DNA of 63,620 nucleotides, filler included, from Chrysochromulina tobinii (GCA_001275005.1; 5 parts of 5 records of this genome joined end to end with filler, not necessarily neighbours in it), one strand, 5' to 3'. Numbered from the whole stretch's first letter, positions 12,367 to 22,257 are shown. Notes: a model not told the origin generated them from the sequence alone. Translations and numbers: made by a program.

Positions 12367-13437
12367 ATGGAGTTCCCGCCGAGCCAAGAATACTGCACGC
12401 CTGACGGCCGCCGCTGGCGAAAGTGCGCAGGTGCCGCCATCATCAACTCCGCCGGCCATCTTCTCGTGGGAGAGCGGATCAAGATTGCTGGCGCGTGGAA
12501 CTGCCCGCAGGGCGGGATGGATGCAAGCTCCCGTGAGCACAGCAGGCCGGAGACGGTACTAATGGCGGCGGCGCGAGAGGCCTTCGAGGAGGTGGGGCTA
12601 AAGGTGGGCGAGCACATAGTCCCCATCGCCGCCATGGACGACGAGCAGGCCGTGCGCTACGCCGCAGGTGGGTGGCTCGCGCAAGAGGGATTTGCTGGGC
12701 AGCAGCTTCACTGGGCCTTGTTCCAAATGTGTGATGTGGTGGGCGATTCAGAGCCGTCCCACGTGTGCACGCTAGGTGGTCTAGGAGGTGAGGAACCGGA
12801 ATTCGCGCGCGTAGAGTGGCGACCCTTCGAGGCGGTCGTTGCGGCGATGTGGGCAAACAAGCGCGAGCCCTATGAGGCTCTCATGCGCTGGGCTTTGCCA
12901 CTGCTCGAGCAGCGCGCACAGTTGGCGCGTGGCATCGATTTCACCGGCACCTGGCAGCGCCAAGCGACCCTCAACGACAACGTGGTCGAAGCCCTCGTCG
13001 CTCGGGGCCTCGATGTGCTGGCGGCTCAACGCGAGGCGAGCAAGCCGTACATTCAGGAATGGGCGCGTCATGACAGCCTGCCACTGGGTGACTGGATGGT
13101 GACGACGCTGGACGTCGACGGGCAAGGCGCGTACCGGGCTGTAGTGTACGCCTTGGGTGACTGGGAGGAGACCCTCGAGCGCCCCTCGGTCCTCTATGGC
13201 AACGCATCTGCCATGCAGCCCGACGAGTTGCTCCGCCGGACGGGTTGGGTTGCGCTCCATCCTGAGGGTTTTGCACACACGACGTGGTCCTCGCGGGTCA
13301 ATGGCGTGGCGGAGATCACAGCGCGGCGGCTGCGCCACGACGGCGCTATGGTGGTCGCCCGCACCTTTCTCGTTGATGGGAGGCGACCCGTCGTCTGCGA
13401 GGAGATCTTTCAGCGGCAGCCGGCCGATCCGAAGTGA
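12367..13437 (+). CDS. Nudix hydrolase (RppH/Ap4A-hydrolase-like) with a C-terminal lipocalin/FABP-like extension
   Basis: WNCPQGGMD...AAAREAFEEVGL Nudix box with RppH-type GQQ..W, EF..VEW and KREPY. First ATG at 12367. Confidence 0.8.
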   Translation: MEFPPSQEYCTPDGRRWRKCAGAAIINSAGHLLVGERIKIAGAWNCPQGGMDASSREHSRPETVLMAAAREAFEEVGLKVGEHIVPIAAMDDEQAVRYAAGGWLAQEGFAGQQLHWALFQMCDVVGDSEPSHVCTLGGLGGEEPEFARVEWRPFEAVVAAMWANKREPYEALMRWALPLLEQRAQLARGIDFTGTWQRQATLNDNVVEALVARGLDVLAAQREASKPYIQEWARHDSLPLGDWMVTTLDVDGQGAYRAVVYALGDWEETLERPSVLYGNASAMQPDELLRRTGWVALHPEGFAHTTWSSRVNGVAEITARRLRHDGAMVVARTFLVDGRRPVVCEEIFQRQPADPK

Positions 13438-13957
13438 TGAAGATCATCCCGCATGCCGAAGCCTATACGGAGACGCCGCAGCAGCCTTGATGATTGAAGG
13501 TCTTTGAAGGCGAAGCGCGTTGCTATGGCGTATCCGTATGGACGGTTGAAATGAGACAGGAGAGAGAGGATGGGGCTGTGGACGTGTGGGTCCAGAGGGC
13601 GTCGTGATTCGTTTGAACCACATCATGGAACCACATCCACGTCGCATTCCGGGCGAAACGGAATGGTCGGAACGAGTGAAGGTTCATCAATCGTTTATTG
13701 ATGATTAATTTGCGAACGTTCTCGACGTTGGTTAATTGGGGCGAGTGGCGTGCGCGGCGCGTGGGCGCTCAACGACCTGCCACGCACAACCGCGGTAACT
13801 AAATCTATCGAGATTCGATTCGACTCGACTAACGTAAATTCGATTCACTTGATTGGCGTCACCGTCGGGACTCGGGACCGATCAATAATTTGACCTATGC
13901 CCCGCTATGCAGGCGCACAGCCTCCCATATGCAAAAGCATAAATCCCGTGCAGGGGG

Positions 13958-15850
13958 TCACGACGACTTGAGACTGTACAAAGTAAAGCTCGAGGTGGCG
14001 CCGGGCTGCAGCGTGAACGTAACGCGAAAGAGCCCGGGGCGGGGCCCACTAAAAGACCCCTCCTCCTCGATGAGTCGTAATGCCGTGCTCGCATAGATCG
14101 AGGCGTTGATCTCCCAACGGCGGCGCAGTGTGAACGTCCGGCTGAACAGGTGGACCTCGTTCCCGTCGCTAATGTTGCTCTCCATGCACACGCTCACGTC
14201 GGCATCGCCATCATAGCTGCGTAGATAACCCACACGCAGAGCACGCGAGGCGTTGAGATGCGCTACAAAGGCCGCTCCTGACGTACGCGCCATAAACCCC
14301 CACTTGTCAGCCGCCTGGGCAGGCTTGGGAGCCTCGCGCCACGCCGTCTCTATGTAGTGCCCGTCAGCCGACCGGCGCAGCATCGTCCACTCCCAACGAG
14401 GCTCTGCAGCCGGCGCCACTTCTGCATCGCCCAGCAGGTTTGGTACGGCGAGCCGCATCGTGCGGCTGCAATTCAAGTTCATCCAGCAGGCGTTGTTCGT
14501 AAAGTCCACAAGGGTGAGTGCCGGCTCGACGAGCTCGATGAGCCTCTCGTGACTGCGCGAGCCGCCCAACGTCTGTGCGTGTGTGGGTGGCAACGTACCT
14601 GCATGCTCCATGAGCCGCGTGCGCTCGGCCGCTGTGAGGTTCTCGATCCGCTTGCGCTCTGCCTGCATGAGGGACACCAGAAAATATGCGCACATCTCGT
14701 GGCCGCGGCGTGACAGGTGCAAGTTATCCACGATGACCTCACGCCGACTCTCATCGGCTCGATGGTGCGGTTTGAGCATAAGCGCGGACGTCAAATTGAG
14801 CGCGGACGTCCAAAAGGACGTTGGAATGCCGTAATGTTGCAACACGTCCTTGTGATATGGCCATCCTCCCCACACTCGCGAGGGTGGAATCCGTTTCGGA
14901 TCGAACCACGCCGACTCAGTGTACAGGAGGGCGGGCGACGTGGGCGAGAGCAACAGCAGCTGGCGCACCAACGCCTCCGTGACAAGGCTGGCGCCGCCCA
15001 AGGAGCTGATGTACCGTTGATAAACTCGTGGATTCGCAACGGCGTTCAGGTCGTTGGTTGCAGTATCCACGATCACCAGGTCGGCGGGGTGTTCGCGGAA
15101 GGCAGGCAGCACGCGCGACTGAAAGTTATCCACGAAGAAGGCGCTGCCTCTGCCTGCGGCACACAGATTACTGAGTCGGTGGCCCGTTGGGCAGCACACG
15201 CTGCTGCGCGAGTTGAGGTATTCGACCAAGGCGTTGGCCCACGTATGATTGATGCCGGAGACGAGCTTGGATCGTATGCGCCTAAAGAAGGAGTATAGTC
15301 CATGCAGGGTCGAATTTGCCAGGGTTCGGCCGGAGGCATACGACGCCCAAAGTTCGTGTTCGCGGGAGGTTTTGGACACGTTCAACGATTCAGCTGGAAC
15401 CCATCCCGCTCTGATGGCCGCAATCATGTGGTCCCTGGTTGGGTCTCCCTCGCCGCACGTGACGCTGCCGCCAATCGTCATTATGTGCAGACAGCAGTCT
15501 GCACTATCCAGCTTTGCGAGCACCGGCGCCAGCCGTGAGAGCGCCCAGCCACCTTTCACCACGTGCGCAGCATCCATCACCTCGTCAGGGAGCATGGTGT
15601 GGGCATCGATCGCTGAATCGGGTCTACCGAAATACTCCAAGGCCTGCTGATGCGTGCCGAGCGGGCTGCTGCTCATCGCAGACACCGCGGGGGGAGCCGT
15701 GCCGGTAACCATTCTCGCGAAGAGCACAGGAACGGTGAGGGGTGTGAAGCTGCTATTAGATGAAGCACACAATTTCGCGTTGCGTACATACCGTACGCGC
15801 GCTAGGCGCTGCCACATCGTGACCTCGAGCGGCACATCGCCGGTCATTTT
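13958..15850 (-). CDS. SGNH/GDSL hydrolase-like protein (putative polysaccharide esterase/acetyltransferase); start uncertain
   Basis: Block I TIGGSVTCG, GRGS, DLVIVDTATND and D.LHLSRRGH. Confidence 0.7.
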   Translation of the reverse strand, partial: KMTGDVPLEVTMWQRLARVRYVRNAKLCASSNSSFTPLTVPVLFARMVTGTAPPAVSAMSSSPLGTHQQALEYFGRPDSAIDAHTMLPDEVMDAAHVVKGGWALSRLAPVLAKLDSADCCLHIMTIGGSVTCGEGDPTRDHMIAAIRAGWVPAESLNVSKTSREHELWASYASGRTLANSTLHGLYSFFRRIRSKLVSGINHTWANALVEYLNSRSSVCCPTGHRLSNLCAAGRGSAFFVDNFQSRVLPAFREHPADLVIVDTATNDLNAVANPRVYQRYISSLGGASLVTEALVRQLLLLSPTSPALLYTESAWFDPKRIPPSRVWGGWPYHKDVLQHYGIPTSFWTSALNLTSALMLKPHHRADESRREVIVDNLHLSRRGHEMCAYFLVSLMQAERKRIENLTAAERTRLMEHAGTLPPTHAQTLGGSRSHERLIELVEPALTLVDFTNNACWMNLNCSRTMRLAVPNLLGDAEVAPAAEPRWEWTMLRRSADGHYIETAWREAPKPAQAADKWGFMARTSGAAFVAHLNASRALRVGYLRSYDGDADVSVCMESNISDGNEVHLFSRTFTLRRRWEINASIYASTALRLIEEEGSFSGPRPGLFRVTFTLQPGATSSFTLYSLKSS

Positions 15851-15961
15851 GCTGAGGACTTTTCTGATTCTGCACATTTTCCATGTTCCGGGTCGAGTGC
15901 GTGTGTTTGATCCTAACGCGGAGGAGAAACACAAGGTCGTGTTTCCCGACCACCCAGACCG

Positions 15962-17797
15962 ATGAGTTCGGCAGATGTGGAGTGGTACCGCAGCCTCGAA
16001 GCGTCGTTCGTAGCTCCAAGCAACGCCTCCTTCAGCACTTGGCCAGACACCCGTCACGAGAGCAGCGCGCATCGCCAAACATCACGTCTGCTGCGGCTTG
16101 CGCAGGCCGGTAAGAACGTGACAATCACTTTGACGGGCGGCTCATCGAGCGCCGCTCGTGAGAGTTTTGCGTATCACTTTGGTCGCCAGCTGGCAGACGC
16201 GCTCAGCCCAAGAGAGAGGGGTGGCAACTGCACGATTGACGCCAGCTCGAGCACGTGGCGCTGTCCAGTTGCTGGGCGCTTCCCCGGACAATTGGTCGAG
16301 ATCGTACCCGCCGCAAATGGGCACACGGGGACTGACTTTGCGGCGCTGTTGATGGACGCTCTTGTCCCGCAGCGCACCGACATCCTAGTTTGGGAGTATG
16401 TCATCAACGACTGGTCGACGCAGCTACTCAACCCTCGCTTTACGGACAACGCGCTTGATCTTTACTTGCGGAGAGCACTGGCAATCAATCCACGCATGGT
16501 CTTCGTCTTCGTGCACTTATGGGTCCCACTCGCTGCCGGGTGCTGGCCCCAATGCGTCATGGGCGGCGGGCCCAAGTTTATGTACGAAGCTGTCACCTCC
16601 ACACTGGAGCGGAACTACCAAGACAGGGGTCTCGACTGGACGTCGATCGACTTCAACGACATCGCGACGCAGCACTACGTGGCTCATCGAGGGAAGCTCA
16701 AGCTGGTCAACGAGACGCACGCCATGTTTTCCGACAAGCAGCATCCGAACCAGAGGACGCACCGCATCATAGGAAGCGTGGTCTGGCAGCACTTTCGTCC
16801 TTTCGTGCTCAACACAAAAAGAGAGGTCACTGCCAATGCCGGCACTGTCATGGACCATGCGCCGGTGGAGAATGTACCTCTGCCGATGCCCCCGACGGGG
16901 CTGCCCGGGGTCTCGAATATGTCAAACGCGTCGGTGGCGGCACGGATGATGTGGCGCTTCCTCTCAAAGCCGGGGCAAGTGCATTCGTGGACGCACTCGC
17001 TCCCCCACAATGGCGACTCTGCCGAGTATGTCTCGTACGGGCTTGCAGGATCACGCTACGCGCAGCCGGGTGACCGGGGCGTGCAGAGCAGCGCTGGGTC
17101 GACATTGATCAAGGTGGCCATCGAGGCCGCCGCGTCACGCTCTGACTCTATGCGATATGCACGGCTGCCCCTGTGTAACGGAGCGACCGGCTTCCTTCGC
17201 CACTCGCTGCAATTCCAAGTGGCCTCGAAACGGCACGGGCACCAAGTGGCCTCGGACCCTCAAACGCCGCGTTTCGTCGGCATCAACTTTGTTGCCAGCC
17301 AGGGCCGCTCACTAGCACCAAAGGCGGCCGCGGAAGACATGGACAGAGGGCTGCTAAACCTGACCCTCGAGTATGTCTGCCAGGCGAGTCCAACGGCGGG
17401 TGGAAACGAAGCTGGCTCAACGACGGCCGGCGACTACCAGCGCAATCAGGGGCGAACTTGCTTCGCGCCGATGGCATCAAGTATGCTTGTCCCGGGCAGC
17501 ATCGAGCTGGCCGACCTGGCGGAAGAACGCAACGTAACTACGGTTGCCGTCGACTTGAGCAGTATAGGGGCTTCCGCTCCCCACCGCAAACTGAGACCCA
17601 CGAGTCCCGATGACCGCCGAACAGGCTTTGCTGTGCTACTACGAGGGATTCACGCTCCTCAAAATTACTTTGAGCTGCCTGACCCGCGCGTAGCATGCGG
17701 ACCTGAGTGCACGGATCCCATTGAGGTCTCTATTCGCGTGTGCCAGCGGACGCTTGAGGGAGCCGCCCAAGGGCTCGGTGCAGTCTTGTTCATATGA
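15962..17797 (+). CDS. SGNH hydrolase-like protein
   Basis: TLTGGSSSA, ANGHTG, DILVWEYVIND, SDKQHPNQRTH; 611-aa ORF. Confidence 0.7.
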   Translation: MSSADVEWYRSLEASFVAPSNASFSTWPDTRHESSAHRQTSRLLRLAQAGKNVTITLTGGSSSAARESFAYHFGRQLADALSPRERGGNCTIDASSSTWRCPVAGRFPGQLVEIVPAANGHTGTDFAALLMDALVPQRTDILVWEYVINDWSTQLLNPRFTDNALDLYLRRALAINPRMVFVFVHLWVPLAAGCWPQCVMGGGPKFMYEAVTSTLERNYQDRGLDWTSIDFNDIATQHYVAHRGKLKLVNETHAMFSDKQHPNQRTHRIIGSVVWQHFRPFVLNTKREVTANAGTVMDHAPVENVPLPMPPTGLPGVSNMSNASVAARMMWRFLSKPGQVHSWTHSLPHNGDSAEYVSYGLAGSRYAQPGDRGVQSSAGSTLIKVAIEAAASRSDSMRYARLPLCNGATGFLRHSLQFQVASKRHGHQVASDPQTPRFVGINFVASQGRSLAPKAAAEDMDRGLLNLTLEYVCQASPTAGGNEAGSTTAGDYQRNQGRTCFAPMASSMLVPGSIELADLAEERNVTTVAVDLSSIGASAPHRKLRPTSPDDRRTGFAVLLRGIHAPQNYFELPDPRVACGPECTDPIEVSIRVCQRTLEGAAQGLGAVLFI

Positions 17798-18002
17798 GGA
17801 GTTTCACAGTACCTATATCGTTCGGCTATATACCTATATCGTACGGGGGTACGGAGATACATCGCATTATATACCTACCATAGCTGTTTTCCTGTTAAAA
17901 TGTGGGGGCTGCTTCTCGCTTCTGCATACTGCAAGGTATGTGGGGGTTCTGCACAGATGTTATGTTTACACGCTGAGCCTGACAGCTGACAGCTGTGCGC
18001 GC

Positions 18003-21000
18003 TCAGGCGTCCTCGACTTTGTAGGCCTGGTCGGGGCCGAACAACTGCTCCCAAGAGCTCATGTCGTCGTTGAGGAATCCGTTGCGGTATCCTCGCGGTG
18101 CCAGCTGGAATTTGATTAAGTCGACCCTGGGCGAGACCTCGATCCACCCCTTGGCACCCTGCTCCGCCATCGGGCCCACCTCCTCGAGGAGCTTGTCCTT
18201 GGTGGCGAAGTGGGCGGACATTTTGGGGTCGGTCGCGAACAGAGCACCGCGCTTGTTGCCGAGTGAGATGGCCATGGTGCCCAGGCCTGGGTTCTTGTTG
18301 ATCTGTGGCTGCTGGAACGCGCCCGGCCGCACGCCAGCGGCGACCTGGATGTTCTTGAGGATTGCGAAGGCATGCGCGCCCGCGTCTTGCATCGTGCGCT
18401 CACCCGCGGTGAAACGATCCTTGGCACAGATGTCGCCGCCCGCGTAGATGTGGCCGAGGTTGGGGTGATTGAGCTGTTGCGTATTCTTGGTCCTGATGAA
18501 TCCCTGATCGTCCATCACGCTCGCGAACGCACTGTCGCTGCGCGGGTCCGTGAGGAGCCGGCTATTGGGTTTGTAGCCCGTCGCCCAAAAGACGCGCGCG
18601 TTTGGCGTGCCGACGGTGACGCCGTCCTTCGTGACGGGTCGACCGGACTCGTCGGCGTGAGTAACTTCCTTGGAGTAGTTGACCGCGATGCCGTCCTCCT
18701 CGGCGCACGCCTTGACAAGGGTACTCGCGCCGGGCACGCGTGGCAGGCACTGGGGGCCTCGCGTGATGATCTCGACGGCCTTGTCCGGGAAGAAGGCTTT
18801 GATGTCGAACGCTAGCTCACATCCGACGACACCGCCGCCCACGACGGTGATGGCGGGGGCATCCTTGATGCGCTGGCGCTCGAGGGCGAAGCTCTGCTTG
18901 CGCGCGGCGATCGAGGTGCCCTCCGTCTTGATGTCCGACGTGTACCTCGTCCCCGTGCAGATCACGAGGTAGTCGTACGGCACAACGCGCGAGGCGACGC
19001 CGGAGGAGGTGCCAACGAGGACGTGGTCTCTGCGGACCGCGCTCGCCCAGCCGACGATGAGCTCGCCCTTGCCGCCCATCACATCGACATGGTTGTAGCA
19101 CGACACGTCCCACAGGCCAGCCTGCTCCGCATGCTCGTCAGCGATCAGCCGCAGCACGTTGGGTGTGTACTCGAAGAACTCCTTGGTGTCGACGAGCGTC
19201 ACGTGGAAGGCCTCTGTCTGGATGCCCTTGCCGCGCGTCATCTGGTGCGCGACTATCACGCCGCACGGGCCGCCGCCGAGTATGACTACACGCTTCTTGG
19301 TGGTTACGTCGGCGGACTGTTTCTCTCTCTTGATCGCCGTCCCCGCCGCCGCCTTGTACATCTCCGTGCGCATCGCTTCGACGGCCGAAAGGAGGAGCGC
19401 CTCCACGTGCGGCCGATCGGCCTTGAAGGCCGCCGCCACCTCCATCGCGCCGGCGCTCGCGCTGATGCCCGACGCATTGGGCAGGAGGCCGTAAGCGGAA
19501 TCCATCGAAGCGTAGGCCTTGAGGTCGTTCGACGCCGCGAGGGCCGCGCCGCCATTCAGGCCGGCGAGAGCATCCTCGAGCGTGTGCAGGGCCTTGGAGA
19601 TGAGGAAGGCGCGCTCGGCCTTGTCGGCCGCTGCGAGGCCGCCCGATTGCTTGCCGAGGAGGGACGCGTGGCGGCGGAGTGACTTGGACTGGTCGTGGTC
19701 GCGAAGGATGGACTCGAGGGTAAGGGCGTCCGCATCGCGCCGCTGGCTCTGCGAGAGGATCGACGCCGCCGCCGTCGCCGCCGCCGCCGCCGCCGCCGCC
19801 GCCGAGTCGACCGAGCTCGCCTCCGGTGTGGCCGGTGTGGCCGGCGCGCTCTCGGCGGCCTTGTCGCCCGATTTGGTCATGTCGCCCGATTTGGTAACCA
19901 CCTGGATGGGGTCGCCGACCTCGCGCCCTTTGATGAGCGTCTCCTGCTTGCGCTTCACCGCGCGGCCCTTGACCTGGAACGTGAACTGGCCCGTCGCGAG
20001 CGCCTTCCGCACCGCCGACTCGTCCTCCTCGCCCTCGTCCTCGTCCTCCTCGTTGGCTTCGATGATCTGCTTGCGCACGTCGGCGAAGGTGGTCGCGCCG
20101 CCGACGAGGGCGAGCCCGCCATCGCCGGCCTCATCGACGACGACGGGGACGCACTTCTCAGCGTCAGCTCCGCCCGACAGCGCGATCATCGCTTCGACCG
20201 TCGCCTTGACCGACGTCTGTGCGAACAGCGTCGCGAACGTCGTCGCCGTGACCATCGCGCCCGCGTCCCCGAGCGCATCGCGCACGCCGAGGGCCTTGGC
20301 GATCGTGGACTCGACGCTGCCGAAGCTGGAGCCGCAGGCTTGGGCGAGCGAGGCCTTGAGCATCGCCCACGACACCGTCGCCCCACCGCCCGCCGCCGAC
20401 CACACCCCCCTGGTCTCGCCCTCGATCGACGAGATAGCCGGCGGCGGGCCGAGCTTCTTGCATAGGGCGTCGACAAAGGGATTGAAGTACGAGCGTGTGT
20501 GCTCGACGAGCTGGGCGGGTGGGAAGACCTTGGCGGCGGCCTCGCGGACGTGGATGGTCACGTCCTCTACCTTGATCGTCACCGGCACGTCCGACAGCGA
20601 CGGGAACTGCGCGCCACTCGCCCCCCACGTCGAGCCGTCGACGTGGATGAAGAGGATGGACACGCCGTGGCGGACTGCCTCGACAAACTCGAGGCAGCAC
20701 CAGGCCGAGGCAAAGTAGGCGGGCGTGAGGAAGACGACGAGCGTCTGCGTGTCGCGCACAGCCAGCTTCAGCGAGGGCAGCTCGATCAGGTCGTTCCGGT
20801 CGATGAAGGCGCGGTAGCCGAAATCCGAGAGCCGGTCGTGCACGCGCGCCACAATGTCCTGCGCCTCCGAGCGCTTATGGGAGAGGAAGGCGTCGTAGCG
20901 GATGGCGCGCTCTCCCAGGAGGAAGTCTGTCGACGTCTCCCGAGGCCGCCTCCCGGCGGACGATGCCTCACCGGGCCCGCCCAGACGCTTCCCAAGGTTC

Positions 21001-21659
21001 TCAAGGAACGCGTCCAGGTACGCGTCCATGTGGTCGAGCGCGATCGTGTGACCGAAGACGGCCGCTGCGGCGTCGCGCGGCTTGACGAGGCGGCCCTCGT
21101 CGGTCTGCGCGGTCTCGGGCACGTCGGTGAGCGCGGGGAACGGCATCCCTCGCCACGACGACCCCTCGACAGACACAGGAAGCACCTCCACGCCGTTGAT
21201 CACGGCCTCGCAGAATTCGGCGCAGCAGGCCGGCGAGTCAAAGTACGTCTGCGAGATGAAGCTGACCACGCGGCGGGAGTCGCGGATGCCCTGCTTCTGC
21301 GCGTCGGGCTCCTTGCGCGGATTCGGAATCTTGTATCCCGCCGCTCTCAGATGATCGCGCACCCTCTTCGCCAGCGCGGTCTCCGCCGGCGCCGCGCTCA
21401 CAAACGTGTCCCATTGCGCCTTCCGCAGATCGCTCTCCCTGATGCGCTCGGTGTACGACTTTATCAGATCGTCCCCTTTGATAGGCGGCGACTCCGCATA
21501 CTTGGCACCGGGAGGGCTTGAGGACCCGCAGCCCATGATGACGGCCGCCAAGATGCAGATGAGCGCGACCACAACGGTGATGGCCAGCCCCTCTTCGTTT
21601 GTCAATGTGGGAGGAGGGGGCGGTGGTTGGCCCCAGACGAAGTCTTCCACGCGCGACAT
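18003..21659 (-). CDS. Tandem TIR-domain protein fused to an AIFM2/AMID/FSP1-like FAD/NAD(P)H oxidoreductase, with an N-terminal TM helix
   Basis: TIR2: YDAFLSHKRSEAQ...AFIDRNDL...LVVFLTPAYFASAWCCLEF. TIR1: VVSFISQTYFDSPACCAEF. C-terminus: VVILGGGPCG, YDYLVICTG, VVGGGVVGCELA, FWATGYKPN, IYAGGD. One 1218-aa ORF. Confidence 0.85.
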   Translation of the reverse strand: MSRVEDFVWGQPPPPPPTLTNEEGLAITVVVALICILAAVIMGCGSSSPPGAKYAESPPIKGDDLIKSYTERIRESDLRKAQWDTFVSAAPAETALAKRVRDHLRAAGYKIPNPRKEPDAQKQGIRDSRRVVSFISQTYFDSPACCAEFCEAVINGVEVLPVSVEGSSWRGMPFPALTDVPETAQTDEGRLVKPRDAAAAVFGHTIALDHMDAYLDAFLENLGKRLGGPGEASSAGRRPRETSTDFLLGERAIRYDAFLSHKRSEAQDIVARVHDRLSDFGYRAFIDRNDLIELPSLKLAVRDTQTLVVFLTPAYFASAWCCLEFVEAVRHGVSILFIHVDGSTWGASGAQFPSLSDVPVTIKVEDVTIHVREAAAKVFPPAQLVEHTRSYFNPFVDALCKKLGPPPAISSIEGETRGVWSAAGGGATVSWAMLKASLAQACGSSFGSVESTIAKALGVRDALGDAGAMVTATTFATLFAQTSVKATVEAMIALSGGADAEKCVPVVVDEAGDGGLALVGGATTFADVRKQIIEANEEDEDEGEEDESAVRKALATGQFTFQVKGRAVKRKQETLIKGREVGDPIQVVTKSGDMTKSGDKAAESAPATPATPEASSVDSAAAAAAAAATAAASILSQSQRRDADALTLESILRDHDQSKSLRRHASLLGKQSGGLAAADKAERAFLISKALHTLEDALAGLNGGAALAASNDLKAYASMDSAYGLLPNASGISASAGAMEVAAAFKADRPHVEALLLSAVEAMRTEMYKAAAGTAIKREKQSADVTTKKRVVILGGGPCGVIVAHQMTRGKGIQTEAFHVTLVDTKEFFEYTPNVLRLIADEHAEQAGLWDVSCYNHVDVMGGKGELIVGWASAVRRDHVLVGTSSGVASRVVPYDYLVICTGTRYTSDIKTEGTSIAARKQSFALERQRIKDAPAITVVGGGVVGCELAFDIKAFFPDKAVEIITRGPQCLPRVPGASTLVKACAEEDGIAVNYSKEVTHADESGRPVTKDGVTVGTPNARVFWATGYKPNSRLLTDPRSDSAFASVMDDQGFIRTKNTQQLNHPNLGHIYAGGDICAKDRFTAGERTMQDAGAHAFAILKNIQVAAGVRPGAFQQPQINKNPGLGTMAISLGNKRGALFATDPKMSAHFATKDKLLEEVGPMAEQGAKGWIEVSPRVDLIKFQLAPRGYRNGFLNDDMSSWEQLFGPDQAYKVEDA

Positions 21660-21812
21660 CAGCGACGCGGGAGGAGGAGTGGGCGGAGCCCATTGAACCC
21701 AGTAGGAAGGTGTGACACACAGAGTGAGTCGCGGCGGGTAAGTGAGTCGCGCGGGGATCCCCCGCGAGTCGCGACGCGGGATCGGTCCGTTTCCGCGCGC
21801 GATCTCGCGCGC

Positions 21813-21912
21813 NNNNNNNNNNNNNNNNNNNNNNNNNNNNNNNNNNNNNNNNNNNNTTAATTAATTAANNNNNNNNNNNNNNNNNNNNNNNNNNNNNNNN
21901 NNNNNNNNNNNN
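21813..21912. other. Artificial contig-joining spacer
   Basis: N44-TTAATTAATTAA-N44. Confidence 0.99.
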
Positions 21913-21970
21913 ACCTAGAATTGTGTGACCCGATTTAGGTTGAATCGAACTGAGACCAAGGCAGATCGTC

Positions 21971-22030
21971 CTCACCGACTCGTCCCAACTCGGCGCTATT
22001 CTCACCGACTCGTCCCAACTCGGCGCTATT
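21971..22030 (+). repeat. Perfect 30-bp tandem duplication
   Basis: ctcaccgactcgtcccaactcggcgctatt x2. Confidence 0.95.
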
Positions 22031-22197
22031 GAACGAGAGCCTACTCCGAGAGACAACCCTACCCGACCTCCATACCATCAATCACACCACTCTCCCGCGC
22101 CCGCCGAAACTCGCGGTACCCCACCGCCATGCCGTCATCTGACGCCGACCGATAGGGAAAGGTCGGCGGCCGCGCCATCTCTACGTGCAGCCCCAGA

Positions 22198-22257
22198 CTC
22201 AGTTCTCTGCACAGCGGGCTCGGTTCTCTGCACAGCGGGCTCGGTTCTCTGCACAGC
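22198..22257 (+). repeat. 21-bp tandem repeat, about 3 copies
   Basis: ctc(a/g)gttctctgcacagcggg units. Confidence 0.9.

Noticed and set aside
15962..16078. Apparent overlap of the two SGNH ORFs
   Set aside because: Depends on a non-ATG upstream start; downstream ATGs remove the overlap.
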